Shown one piece after another: positions 51,889-61,309 of a stretch of DNA of 64,000 nt (positions are counted from its first letter, which is position 1; each line of letters begins with the position of its first letter). Both the position numbers and the translations under genes were made by a program. The DNA lies in contig CAMWON010000002.1 in the NCBI GenBank assembly GCA_947175875.1, forward strand, positions 80,357-144,356. The letters run 5' to 3'. The stretch comes from an uncultured Alphaproteobacteria bacterium (GTDB lineage: Bacteria > Pseudomonadota > Alphaproteobacteria > Rs-D84). The notes beneath the pieces are model-generated. The model was not told the origin of the DNA. It searched no databases and saw only the letters and a list, made by a program, of their open reading frames with translations.

Positions 51889-52251
51889 ATGACATATGCG
51901 GAAATGAAAGGGCTGTTGGATATGACGCCGGATGCGGCGGACAAGCTGGAGCTGGTTATGGATTTTGGCGCGCATATGCCGCCGCCGCCGGACGCGGCCG
52001 TTTGCCACGACATTGCCGGGTGCGCGTCATGGGCGGCGATATGCCGCGACGGTCGGCGGTTTTACGGTGCGGCCGATTCGGCGCTGGTGCGCGGAATTGT
52101 GGCGATTCTGACATCGATGGTTGACGGGAAAACGCCGGACCAGATTCGTGAAATGAACCTGCGGGAAGAATTTGCGTCACTGCACCTGCAATTGGGGACG
52201 GGCAGACTGGGCGGCGTTAATTCTATGATTAGTTTTTTGGAAAATTTGTGA
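51889..52251 (+). CDS. sufE: SufE-like sulfur acceptor protein
   Basis: KLELVMDFGAHMPPPPDAAVCHDIAGCASWAAI matches SufE ...LP...K....V.GC.S.VW with the conserved Cys. Confidence 0.65.
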   Translation: MTYAEMKGLLDMTPDAADKLELVMDFGAHMPPPPDAAVCHDIAGCASWAAICRDGRRFYGAADSALVRGIVAILTSMVDGKTPDQIREMNLREEFASLHLQLGTGRLGGVNSMISFLENL

Positions 52252-52295
52252 TAAAGTATATGGGAATATCTACCATATAACAGGACGGGGCGCGT

Positions 52296-52592
52296 ATGAC
52301 GGAAGACGAGAAAATGTTTCATATCGGCATGTGGGCGTTTGGCTCGGTCTTGGCGCTGACGATTGTGTTGCAGGTATGCTATCGCACACAAAACAAGGCC
52401 CGTGACCGCGTGCGCCGGGAAATTGTTGCGACCCAGCAGAAAACGGCCCAGATGGCGGCGAATTTTGCGTCATATGTCCGGCCCGAGATTCTGCGCAATG
52501 TTGTTGTTAGCATATATCCCAAGTCCGAGGTGATTAGTTTTCACAAATCCGTCGGGATAGAGGAATTACCGCGAAAGGCATCAGATGTTTGA
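52296..52592 (+). CDS. Small bitopic membrane protein, FtsL-like by position upstream of ftsI
   Basis: 98 aa with one TM (MFHIGMWAFGSVLALTIVLQVCY) followed by a helical region. 8-bp overlap with ftsI. No sequence-level identification. Confidence 0.4.
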   Translation: MTEDEKMFHIGMWAFGSVLALTIVLQVCYRTQNKARDRVRREIVATQQKTAQMAANFASYVRPEILRNVVVSIYPKSEVISFHKSVGIEELPRKASDV

Positions 52593-54213
52593 GGTTGGAC
52601 GCGACATTTTTAAACACGGGTTTCGCGGCGGGACATCGAATGTCGCCGGCCGGGGCCGGTTGCGCTTTATTCATTTTCTATTTATTTTGGCGTTCGCGCT
52701 GTTTATTGCGCGCACGCTGCAATTGGGGATTCAAGGGACGGACCGTTCGCGCCGCGGTCCGGCAGACGGTGCATGGACGGTAAGCCGCGCCGACATTGTC
52801 GATCGGCACGGTGACATATTGGCAAAGAACATTATGTCGGGCCACATAACGCTGCGCCCCGGCCAGGTGCGCGACCATGACGCGGTGGCGGCGCTGATTC
52901 ATGAAATGCTGCCGTATGAATATTCGTTGGCCGATGCGTTAAAGCTGGTAAATTCGTCGCGCCGATTCGTTTATGTAAAAAAATATGCATCTGATACGGC
53001 CCGCGACAAGGTGCGGCGTGCAAAACTTGTCGGACTGGAGGTGGAGGATATTCAAACGCGCCGTTATCCGAAGCGCCGGCTGTTTTCACATGTTGTCGGG
53101 TATGTAAATGTCGACGGGCGCGGCATGGACGGGGCGGAGCGCATATTCGACGAATACCTGCGCGAAAATTCGGACCCGCTGCGTCTGTCGCTGGATTCGC
53201 GCGTGCAAAGCGTGTTTTACGACCAGCTGTCCGCGGCAATTGGCAAGTATCAGGCCAAAGGGGCGATGGGCCTGCTTATGAATTCGCGTACCGGCGAAAT
53301 GGTGGCGATGGTGTCTTTGCCGGACTTTGACCCGGAAAACCGCGGCGCCGACCCGGTCGGAAACCGCACGTTCATGCCGATGCGCGGTGTGTTTGAAATG
53401 GGTTCCATATTCAAGATTTTCAATACGGCGATGGCGCTGGAGAACAATGTTACAAAAGAATACTATGTCGCGGAGCCGTTCAAGATATACGACAAAAACG
53501 GCCGTCTGGCGTGCAAGCCGATTGACGACGTGCGCAGCTTTAAGCCGCCGCGGCCATATCTGGGGATAGAGGAGATAATGGTTCATTCCTGTAACCGCGG
53601 CAGTGCGCAGATTGCGTTGGACCTGCCGGACGGTACGCAAAAGGAATTTTTCCAGAGACTGCATATGGACCGGGCGCTGGATTTGGAATTCGGACGCACG
53701 GAAAGAACGCTGATGCCGTTGAAATGGGGGCCGGTGGAAAAGGCGACGGTGTCGTTCGGACACGGTATATCGGTCACGCCGATGCATCTGTTGCTGGCGG
53801 TCAATGCGATGACAAACGGCGGGATATACATATATCCGACGATACAGAAAAGAACAGTCGGCGCCGTTCGGGGCGAGCGTGTTCTGGCCGCGGAAAAATC
53901 CGCAAAACTGCGTGAGTTAATGCTGCGCGTGTCAGAGGAGACCAGCGGTAAACAGGCGCGCGTTGCGGGCATTCAAATCGGTGGTAAAACCGCAACCGCG
54001 GAAAAGCGCGTGAACGGAAAGATTGACCATAAAAAGAACTTGACCGCGTTTGTGGGAATATTCCCGGCCGCGGCGCCGCAGTACACGATATTGGTCGTTT
54101 TGGACGAACCGAAAGGGATTGCGGAAACGTTCGGCCTGCGCACGGCCGCGTGGAACGCGGTTCCGACCACGGGAAAGATTCTTGACAGCATACTGCCGTT
54201 GCTATTTGAATAA
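52585..54213 (+). CDS. ftsI: Peptidoglycan D,D-transpeptidase FtsI (PBP3-type class B PBP)
   Basis: N-terminal TM; dimerisation domain; transpeptidase motifs GSIFK (SxxK), HSCN (SxN) and GGKTATAE (KTG-like). Confidence 0.85.
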   Translation: MFEVGRDIFKHGFRGGTSNVAGRGRLRFIHFLFILAFALFIARTLQLGIQGTDRSRRGPADGAWTVSRADIVDRHGDILAKNIMSGHITLRPGQVRDHDAVAALIHEMLPYEYSLADALKLVNSSRRFVYVKKYASDTARDKVRRAKLVGLEVEDIQTRRYPKRRLFSHVVGYVNVDGRGMDGAERIFDEYLRENSDPLRLSLDSRVQSVFYDQLSAAIGKYQAKGAMGLLMNSRTGEMVAMVSLPDFDPENRGADPVGNRTFMPMRGVFEMGSIFKIFNTAMALENNVTKEYYVAEPFKIYDKNGRLACKPIDDVRSFKPPRPYLGIEEIMVHSCNRGSAQIALDLPDGTQKEFFQRLHMDRALDLEFGRTERTLMPLKWGPVEKATVSFGHGISVTPMHLLLAVNAMTNGGIYIYPTIQKRTVGAVRGERVLAAEKSAKLRELMLRVSEETSGKQARVAGIQIGGKTATAEKRVNGKIDHKKNLTAFVGIFPAAAPQYTILVVLDEPKGIAETFGLRTAAWNAVPTTGKILDSILPLLFE

Positions 54214-54254
54214 TTTTCGATTATAATACAGCTGATAATAAGAAAGAGTAGAAG

Positions 54255-56009
54255 TTGAGAAAGATAGTGGAAAAATCCATGCTTGGGCGGGCATGGGTGT
54301 CAGCATACGCAGAGCAGGACGAAGTTTTTGTTAGCCCCGATGATTTAATCGGAAAAATATTGCGATGCCGCGGCATAGCGGATGCGGCCGCACAGGAAAA
54401 ATTTTTAAACCCCTCAATCAAGGAATATATGCCGGACCCGTCGGTTTTGCGCGACATGGACGCCGCCGCGCGCACGATTGCCGACTGTGTCGTCGCCGGG
54501 GATAAAATCGCGATATATGGTGATTATGACGTTGACGGTGTGACATCGACGGCCATATTCGTAAAGTATCTGCGCGCGATAGGGTGTGACGTGATGTGGC
54601 ATCTGCCCACGCGCGAGGGCGAGGGGTACGGCCTGAATACGGCGGCCGTGGATGAAATTGCGGCCGCGGGCGCCCGGTTGCTGATAACCGTGGATTGCGG
54701 CATCAGTGGCGCGGCAGAGGTTGCGCGCGCCAAATCGCACGGCATGCGCGTTGTCGTGACGGACCATCATTCCCCTGACAGCGAACTGCCCGCGGCGGAC
54801 GCGGTTGTTAATCCCAAGCGCGCGGACGATACGGCCGGAATGCAGTATCTGGCGGGCGTGGGGGTGGCGTTTCTGACCCTGGTCGCGTTGAACCGCGAAT
54901 TGAAAAAGAGCGCGCCGGCGCCGATGCAGGAAAAGATAGCCGCGGTCAATCTGTTGAATTATTTGGATTTTGTGGCGCTGGGCACGATATGCGACACGAT
55001 GCCGTTGGTTGGGCTGAATCGCGCGTTTGTGGCGACGGGGTTAAAGGTTTTGGGCCTGCGCCAGAATCTGGGCCTGCGCGTGCTGATGGATGTTGCGGGT
55101 ATTAAAAAGCCCTCTGTTTATGCGGCCGGATTTGCGTTGGGACCGCGCTTGAATGCGGCGGGACGTCTGGATTCCGCGGCGCCTGCGCTGGAACTGCTGC
55201 TGACGGACAATACGCTGATTGCGTATGATTTGGCGGGCCGGCTGCATAAAATGAACCAGGACAGAATCGATATTCAAAACGCGATAATGTTGCGGGCGAA
55301 TGAAATGGCGGCGGCCGCGGCGCCGGGAAACTGCAGTCTGTTTGTGTGCGGTGAAAACTGGCACGGCGGGGTGATGGGGATTATTGCGGGCCGGCTGAAG
55401 GACAAATACAATTTGCCCGCATGCGTCGCGACAAAGTCGGACGGTGTTATAAACGGTTCGGGGCGCAGCGTTGCGGGCGTCGATCTGGGGCGGATTATTC
55501 ATGAGGCGCTGGCGGCGGGAATTGCAAAAGAGGGCGGCGGCCATGCGGCGGCGGCCGGATTCACACTGGAGGCGGACAAAGAGGATGCGTTTAGAGAATT
55601 CCTGGAACGCTCGGCCCGCGCCCAGCTGGACGGGCAGCCGCCCGCGTGCGAGGTTATGGTTGACGCGGAGCTGGATGCGGGCGGTGCGAACATGCGGCTG
55701 GTAAATTTAATGGGCGCGCTGGAACCGTTCGGCCAGGGAAATCCGGAACCGACGCTGGTCCTGCGCGGGGGGCGACTGAAAAGCGCGGTTGTAATGGGCG
55801 GCGGCGCGCATCTGCGCGGAACGCTTGCGACCAGTGCGGGAACAACACTGGCATTTGTCGGATTTAATCTGGTCGGTACGCCGGTCGGTGATTTTTTGCT
55901 GGACGATGCGAATACAAACACTACAATAACCGTACTTGGGCGACTGAAAGAAAACGAATACAACGGCCGTGTTAGCGCGCAGTTCTTTTTGGAAGATATC
56001 GCGGTTTAA
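54255..56009 (+). CDS. recJ: Single-stranded-DNA-specific exonuclease RecJ
   Basis: DHH motifs (IAIYGDYDVDGVTS, VVTDHHSP); DHHA1 GGGHAAAAGF; C-terminal OB domain. Confidence 0.85.
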   Translation: MRKIVEKSMLGRAWVSAYAEQDEVFVSPDDLIGKILRCRGIADAAAQEKFLNPSIKEYMPDPSVLRDMDAAARTIADCVVAGDKIAIYGDYDVDGVTSTAIFVKYLRAIGCDVMWHLPTREGEGYGLNTAAVDEIAAAGARLLITVDCGISGAAEVARAKSHGMRVVVTDHHSPDSELPAADAVVNPKRADDTAGMQYLAGVGVAFLTLVALNRELKKSAPAPMQEKIAAVNLLNYLDFVALGTICDTMPLVGLNRAFVATGLKVLGLRQNLGLRVLMDVAGIKKPSVYAAGFALGPRLNAAGRLDSAAPALELLLTDNTLIAYDLAGRLHKMNQDRIDIQNAIMLRANEMAAAAAPGNCSLFVCGENWHGGVMGIIAGRLKDKYNLPACVATKSDGVINGSGRSVAGVDLGRIIHEALAAGIAKEGGGHAAAAGFTLEADKEDAFREFLERSARAQLDGQPPACEVMVDAELDAGGANMRLVNLMGALEPFGQGNPEPTLVLRGGRLKSAVVMGGGAHLRGTLATSAGTTLAFVGFNLVGTPVGDFLLDDANTNTTITVLGRLKENEYNGRVSAQFFLEDIAV

Positions 56010-56013
56010 TAAG

Positions 56014-56964
56014 ATGAATGAAAAAGCACAGATTTTTATAGAAAAGATAAAGGCGGCGAAATCGGTCGCGATTATCGGGCACAAAAATCCCGACGGCGAC
56101 GCACTGGGCAGTGCGCTGGCGCTGGCGCGGCTGATTGAGCTGAACTTTGGAATATCGCCGGTGTGCACATATGACGGAAATATTCCCGAAACTTTGTCCG
56201 ACGTGCCGTTGCGCCCGCGCATGCGGTATTTCGGGCATCTGAATGTGACGGCGCCGTTTGATGTTGTGATTCTGGTCGATTACGGCACCGCGCGTCATTT
56301 GGAATTCGCCACGTCGATTATACAAAGCGCCGGATTTTTGATAGAGATAGACCATCATAAAAACGATGCGCCGATTGCGTCGTTGTGCATCGACGACGAG
56401 GCGGCGGACGCCACCGCGGTAATTATTTACGAGATGATGCGCGCGATGGGATGGAAATATGATTTGGACATATTGAATCTGCTGGCGCTGGGGATTGTGA
56501 CGGACACGGGATATTTTAAGTTTACGCGCAACGGGCGCGTGATGCGGATAATGGCGGAAATGATTGACGCCGGCGTGCGCATACGCAGTGTTTACGACAT
56601 GTTGAACAACCAGCCCAAGAAAGCGATACTGGTGGAAACGCGTGCGGCGGCGGGTGCGGAATTTTTCTATCGCGACCGTTTGGCGGTGGCGACGATTCCC
56701 AACCGCGATTACCGCAATATGGACGGGCGCGGTGAAAACGTGCTGGACATATTGGCGCGCATAAAGGGCGTGGAATACATTGCGCTGTTGAAACAGCAAA
56801 AGGAAAATCAGATAGGCGTGTCGCTGCGCGGGCGCACAAAACCGGTGAATCATATTGCAGAGGCGCTGGGCGGCGGCGGTCATATGTTTGCGGCGGGCGC
56901 GGTGCTGCGTGATTCGCTGGAAAATGTTCATGACAGGGTTGTCGAATTGTTCAGGGGGGCATGA
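56014..56964 (+). CDS. nrnA: DHH/DHHA1 phosphoesterase NrnA-like (oligoribonuclease / pAp phosphatase)
   Basis: VAIIGHKNPDGDALGSALAL, IEIDHHKND and GGGGHMFAAGAV. Start at MNEKAQIF (56014). Confidence 0.7.
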   Translation: MNEKAQIFIEKIKAAKSVAIIGHKNPDGDALGSALALARLIELNFGISPVCTYDGNIPETLSDVPLRPRMRYFGHLNVTAPFDVVILVDYGTARHLEFATSIIQSAGFLIEIDHHKNDAPIASLCIDDEAADATAVIIYEMMRAMGWKYDLDILNLLALGIVTDTGYFKFTRNGRVMRIMAEMIDAGVRIRSVYDMLNNQPKKAILVETRAAAGAEFFYRDRLAVATIPNRDYRNMDGRGENVLDILARIKGVEYIALLKQQKENQIGVSLRGRTKPVNHIAEALGGGGHMFAAGAVLRDSLENVHDRVVELFRGA

Positions 56965-57581
56965 AAATGTTTAGAAAAATTTTTGTTTTTGCGGTGTGCA
57001 TGGTTTGCGGCGCGGCATACGGCGCGCCGGACAGGGCGCTGGTTCAGCGTGCGGAAAAATATCTTAATTCCGTGACAGGATTGTCGGGCGACTTTGTTCA
57101 GACGGCCGCCGGTCACCGTGCAAAAGGGACGTTTTCAATGCTGCGCCCGGGGCGCGTTCGCCTGGACTATGACAGCATGCCCGTTCAGATGATTGCCGAC
57201 GGCAAGGACTTGTATTTTTTTGACAAGTCGCTGGACCAGATTACGACGGTGCCGCTGACCAGTACGCCGGCCGGCATTTTGGTGCGCAAGAACATAGACC
57301 TGCAGAATGCGGACATTGTTGTGACGGAAACCGCCCAGGGCAAGGATACTTTTTCTTTAAAGATGAACATGCGCGGCCAGGAAGGGCTGGGGCATATGAC
57401 GGTTGTGTTTGATAACAGCCCGGTTGCCTTAAATTCATGGACGGTTGTCGATGCGACCGGCGCCAAGACAGAGGTTGCGTTTCAAAATATGAAGCCCAAG
57501 ACCAATTTCGGCAAGGATTATTTTCAGATTCAGCGCCACAAGACGGTCGGCACCGGCGGCGGTGACGCGTTTTACGATTAA
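56961..57581 (+). CDS. lolA: Outer-membrane lipoprotein carrier protein LolA
   Basis: Signal peptide MKMFRKIFVFAVCMVCGAAYG; LolA-like LSGDFVQT...GTFSMLRPGRVRLDY; ATGA overlap with nrnA. Confidence 0.7.
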   Translation: MKMFRKIFVFAVCMVCGAAYGAPDRALVQRAEKYLNSVTGLSGDFVQTAAGHRAKGTFSMLRPGRVRLDYDSMPVQMIADGKDLYFFDKSLDQITTVPLTSTPAGILVRKNIDLQNADIVVTETAQGKDTFSLKMNMRGQEGLGHMTVVFDNSPVALNSWTVVDATGAKTEVAFQNMKPKTNFGKDYFQIQRHKTVGTGGGDAFYD

Positions 57582-57590
57582 GGGCGTGCG

Positions 57591-57887
57591 ATGTTCGGGA
57601 TAAGCTGGGCCGAATTAACAGTAATTTTATTGGTGGCCGTTGTGGTTATTCCGGCACGCAGCTGGCCGGATGTGGCGCGTGCGCTGGCGCGCGCGGTTAA
57701 AATGATTCGCGCGGTCATATGGAAAATAACGGACGCGTCGGAACAGATAAAAGACCGCCTGGACTTGGAGGCGCCGATTGACGACATCATCGGCGATACG
57801 GCGCGCGACGTGCTGAATGAATTTTCCGTGCCGATAAAGAAAAAAGCGCAGAAGAAAAATACGGTGGCGGGGAAACGCAAAAAATGA
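57591..57887 (+). CDS. tatB: Twin-arginine translocase subunit TatB
   Basis: MFGISWAELTVILLVAVVVIPARSWPDVARALARAVKMIRAV ~ TatB [40 protein letters not shown]. Directly upstream of tatC. Confidence 0.65.
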   Translation: MFGISWAELTVILLVAVVVIPARSWPDVARALARAVKMIRAVIWKITDASEQIKDRLDLEAPIDDIIGDTARDVLNEFSVPIKKKAQKKNTVAGKRKK

Positions 57888-58588
57888 AAATGACACTGGT
57901 TCAACATTTTGCTGAGCTGCGTCGGCGCATTTTGTGGGTTGCGTTGATTTTTGTCGCCGGGTTCGCGCTGGGCTGGTTTTGCGCGCCCGCGCTGCAGGCT
58001 TTTTTATCACAGCCATTGATGGCCGTGTGGCCGAACGGAACCATGCTGTACACGGGGTTGGCGGACGGACTGATGATACAGTTTTCGCTGGCGACGGGCG
58101 TGGCGCTGATGATGGCGGCGCCGGCGGCGCTGTGGCATTTGTGGGCGTTTGTGGCGCCGGGACTGCGGGCGAATGAAAAAAAAATTATTTGGCCGATAAT
58201 GGTCCTGTCGCCGGTTTTGTTTTTGGCGGGCGCCGCGTTTGCTTTTTATATCCTGTTTCCGGTTGCGTTTAAATTCTTTGTCGATTTGAACCTGGCGGCG
58301 CCGGTCCCCAGTGTGCTGATGCCGGCGGCGCGGGAATATCTGGTGTTTGCAATCGGGTTGTTAAAGGTGTTCGGCATTGCGTTTCAGCTGCCGCTGGTGC
58401 TGGTGCTGCTTAACCGTGTCGGGGTGCTGCGCCGCAGTGTGGCCGTGCGCATGCGGCGATATGCCATTGTCATCATTGTTGCCGCCGCCGCGGTTTTAAC
58501 ACCGCCCGATATCGTGTCCCAGGTCGTTTTGGCCGTTCCAATGTGGGCGTTGTTTGAAATAAGTCTTATGTTTATGCGCCGCGACTGA
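57884..58588 (+). CDS. tatC: Twin-arginine translocase subunit TatC
   Basis: LVQHFAELRRRILWVALIFVAGF... with a 6-TM TatC topology. Confidence 0.85.
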   Translation: MKMTLVQHFAELRRRILWVALIFVAGFALGWFCAPALQAFLSQPLMAVWPNGTMLYTGLADGLMIQFSLATGVALMMAAPAALWHLWAFVAPGLRANEKKIIWPIMVLSPVLFLAGAAFAFYILFPVAFKFFVDLNLAAPVPSVLMPAAREYLVFAIGLLKVFGIAFQLPLVLVLLNRVGVLRRSVAVRMRRYAIVIIVAAAAVLTPPDIVSQVVLAVPMWALFEISLMFMRRD

Positions 58589-58629
58589 TTAGATTTTGTT
58601 TACAGCCATTTTTATGATATAATTTTTCT

Positions 58630-60108
58630 GTGAAAAAAATCTGTGGATTTTTTATGATAAGCGCATGCGTCGCATTGGTCGCCGCATGTGATTTACAGCC
58701 CAAAATTATGTCGTTGCCGGATTCGGTGGGCGACTTTATTTCAGACCGATACCCCGCATTGTTGGCCGACCCTGAAACGCAGCCTGAAATTTATAATTCG
58801 GCCGCATCGGACTATGGTGTTTATGCGTCGCCTGAACTGTACGGTTCCGTGGAAAGCGACGATTACATCATGTATGCCGACATAAACGACTATATGTTCC
58901 CGGCCCAGGCCGCCGATGCGCCCGCCGCAACCGCGGCGCCGGAAGAAGCGCGGATTGTAGCCCGGTATTCCGCACCGGACGATGAACCGGCGGCCGCGGC
59001 GGATTCGACGCCGGATGAATATCTGGTTGTGCCGATGTATGGCGGCGCCCGTGATTCGCATCAGATAAAGGTTGTGGCCGGCGATACTTTGTACAACATC
59101 GCGCGGCGTTATGGCGCCACGGTTGAAGAGGTCGCCAAAATGAACAACATGTCGGCGCCGTATTCGTTGCGTGTGGGACAGACCCTGCGTGTGCCGGGCA
59201 ACGGTGATATCGTGGCGTCCGCGGCATCGGTTGACGCGGCCGCACGTCAGCCGTCGGCGCCCGCGTCAAAAACGGAAACGCCCGCGCCCGCCCGCAGTGC
59301 GACACCGCCGACGCCGGCGCGCGTTCAGTTGCAGACGGTGACGGTCGGGGCGGGGGATACATTGTATTCCATTTCGCGCAAGTATTCCGTTCCGGTTAAC
59401 GACCTGGCGGTTATGAACGATTTGGTGGCGCCGTTCCGTTTGACGGTGGGACAGAAACTGCGTGTGCCGAATCTGCAGGCGGCGGCCGCGGCCAAGACTC
59501 CGGCGGCGCCCGCAATCGCATCGTCGGCATCGGCCGAATACGGTACGCCCAAAAAGGCGGATTCTGCCCGCAACGCGACACCGGCAAAATCCGACGCGGC
59601 GGCAAAAACTAATCTGAAAAAGGAGCCGCAAAAGCAGACGCCGGCGCAGTCGCAAAAGACCGCCGCCGCGCCAAAGGCAAAGATATCGTCCGACCCGAAA
59701 CAGAAATTGCCGGTGATTGCGGCGCGCTCGTCTTCGAAATTCTCGTGGCCGGTTCGCGGCAAGATTTTGTCCGCATTCGGCACAAAGCCCAATGGTTTGG
59801 TTAACGACGGAATCAATATCGCAGCGGCGCGCGGCACCACGGTCAAGGCGGCGGAAAACGGCGTCGTCGCATATGCCGGGAACGAGGTTAAGGGTATGGG
59901 CAACCTTATAATAATTCAGCACTCCGGCGGTTGGATGACGGTTTATGCGCATCTGGATTCAATGGCGCTGCGTCGCGGCGCACGCGTAAATGTCGGCCAG
60001 AAAATCGGCACCGTCGGCGCCAGCGGCAAGGTTGACCGCCCCCAGTTGCACTTTGAAATCCGCAAGGGGACCAAGGCATACAATCCGTCGCAGTATTTGA
60101 AGAAATAA
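58630..60108 (+). CDS. Lipoprotein with two LysM domains and a C-terminal M23 peptidase domain (NlpD-like)
   Basis: Lipobox VALVAAC; LysM HQIKVVAGDTLYNIARRYGATVEEVAKMNNM and QTVTVGAGDTLYSISRKYSVPVNDLAVMNDL; M23 GINIAAARGTTVKAAENGVVAYAG...HLHFEI. Confidence 0.75.
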   Translation: MKKICGFFMISACVALVAACDLQPKIMSLPDSVGDFISDRYPALLADPETQPEIYNSAASDYGVYASPELYGSVESDDYIMYADINDYMFPAQAADAPAATAAPEEARIVARYSAPDDEPAAAADSTPDEYLVVPMYGGARDSHQIKVVAGDTLYNIARRYGATVEEVAKMNNMSAPYSLRVGQTLRVPGNGDIVASAASVDAAARQPSAPASKTETPAPARSATPPTPARVQLQTVTVGAGDTLYSISRKYSVPVNDLAVMNDLVAPFRLTVGQKLRVPNLQAAAAAKTPAAPAIASSASAEYGTPKKADSARNATPAKSDAAAKTNLKKEPQKQTPAQSQKTAAAPKAKISSDPKQKLPVIAARSSSKFSWPVRGKILSAFGTKPNGLVNDGINIAAARGTTVKAAENGVVAYAGNEVKGMGNLIIIQHSGGWMTVYAHLDSMALRRGARVNVGQKIGTVGASGKVDRPQLHFEIRKGTKAYNPSQYLKK

Positions 60109-60109
60109 A

Positions 60110-60139
60110 AATCGCCGTTCTGCGGCGATTTTTATTTTG
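60110..60139 (+). terminator. Rho-independent terminator after the NlpD-like gene
   Basis: aaatcgccg-ttct-gcggcgattt followed by ttattttgg. Confidence 0.6.
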
Positions 60140-60149
60140 GTGATAACTG

Positions 60150-60203
60150 CAAAACAAAAACCGTCGCAAGGACGGTTTATATTTTGGTGGGCGCGCAGGG
60201 ACT
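60150..60203 (-). repeat. 54-bp direct-repeat copy (53/54 identical) of the tRNA-Lys 3' end (19 nt incl. CCA) plus its downstream terminator; second copy at 60328-60381
   Basis: caaaacaaaaaccgtcGcaaggacggtttatattttggtgggcgcgcagggact versus ...gtcAcaagg... at 60328-60381. The 124 bp in between retain tRNA-like fragments (tgcgtag D-arm-like, a gggaattacagtccc T-arm-like hairpin). Confidence 0.6.
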
Positions 60204-60362
60204 GTAATTCCCACCGCAGTTGCGGCGGGCCCCTTTCCGCTCGTAAGGTTTGAACTGCGCAATGGCTTGTTCAAACCAACTACGCAGACGAACCCAATGC
60301 AGGGTTCTCGTCCGGCTTGCCATAGACCAAAACAAAAACCGTCACAAGGACGGTTTATATTT

Positions 60363-60438
60363 TGGTGGGCGCGCAGGGACTCGAACCCTGGACCCACTGA
60401 TTAAGAGTCAGTTGCTCTACCAACTGAGCTACGCACCC
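60363..60438 (-). tRNA. tRNA-Lys (anticodon CTT), CCA encoded
   Basis: Reverse complement GGGTGCGTAGCTCAGTTGGTAGAGCAACTGACTCTTAATCAGTGGGTCCAGGGTTCGAGTCCCTGCGCGCCCACCA: 7-bp acceptor, D-arm GCTCAGTTGGTAGAGC, anticodon loop CTCTTAA, T-arm GGGTTCGAGTCCC. Near-identical to E. coli tRNA-Lys. Confidence 0.85.
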
Positions 60439-60654
60439 GATGGGTCATTCATTCCGAATACTCGCGAATTATATATCTTTTTATCTTATTTGCAAGAAAT
60501 TATTATTTCTTTTTATTTTGTGCCTTTTCCGCGCCCAAAGGCGCGCCGGGCACGGGAATCCTTACCTATGCAAAGTTTTAAAATGCTTTGCTAGAATTAT
60601 AGCGTTGACATGAAAAACACAAAGAACACAACCACAACTAAAAAAGGAGAAAAA

Positions 60655-61257
60655 ATGAAAAAAATAGTTATCTCGACATTGGCGGTGCTGATTGCATGCC
60701 CGGCATTTGCGGGGCCGAATCAGAACAGCAGCTGGCAATTGTTCGGGCTGGACCCGTATATCGGCTTGCGCGGCGGTATGGGCTATACAAATGTTAACGT
60801 AAAGCACAACGGCCACAAAAAGTCCATCCAGGATCATGAGTTCCAGGGCCGTGCAGCGTTGGGTTTGGAAGTTTGTGACACTGTCCGCAGCGAAATCGAA
60901 TGGTCCATATTCAGCAAGGTAAAGGATACCAAGCATTACGGCGACCAGAAGGTTAAGGTTGAAACCAAGATGCAGACATTGCTGTGGAATTCTTATATGG
61001 AATTCGGCTCCTATGAAATTGTTCGCCCGTTCATCGGTGCCGGTGTCGGTGCCGCGTTCACAAAGCTGGACAAGCATGTTGAAGGCTTTGGCAGCTCAAA
61101 TGACGACAAGACACGCGTCGCGGCCATGGGTACGTTGGGTGTATCGTTCGACTGGCAGCGCTTGGCCGTTGATTTGGCCGCGCGCTATACCTATGTTGAC
61201 ATCGCGTCCGGCCTGCATAACTTTGGCGGCGATCTGGGTATTCGCTTTATGTTCTAA
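60655..61257 (+). CDS. Small outer-membrane beta-barrel protein (OmpA-like/OmpW/surface-antigen type, 8-10 strands)
   Basis: RBS aaaaaggagaaaaa; signal MKKIVISTLAVLIACPAFAGP; alternating aromatic/hydrophobic strands; C-terminal DLGIRFMF. Confidence 0.6.
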   Translation: MKKIVISTLAVLIACPAFAGPNQNSSWQLFGLDPYIGLRGGMGYTNVNVKHNGHKKSIQDHEFQGRAALGLEVCDTVRSEIEWSIFSKVKDTKHYGDQKVKVETKMQTLLWNSYMEFGSYEIVRPFIGAGVGAAFTKLDKHVEGFGSSNDDKTRVAAMGTLGVSFDWQRLAVDLAARYTYVDIASGLHNFGGDLGIRFMF

Positions 61258-61309
61258 CGACGGTCTTGCCGCGGGGCCCCGCGGCAGGGTTGTCGGTGTT
61301 TCCAAAACA

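Noticed and set aside
59266-59952. 228-aa and 192-aa minus-strand ORFs inside the NlpD-like gene
   Set aside because: Arg/Gly-rich antisense frames of the Ala/Pro-rich linker. The plus-strand gene has clear LysM and M23 motifs.
60250-60594. 114-aa plus-strand ORF
   Set aside because: It is translated straight through the tRNA-Lys gene and its terminator, so it is not a protein gene.
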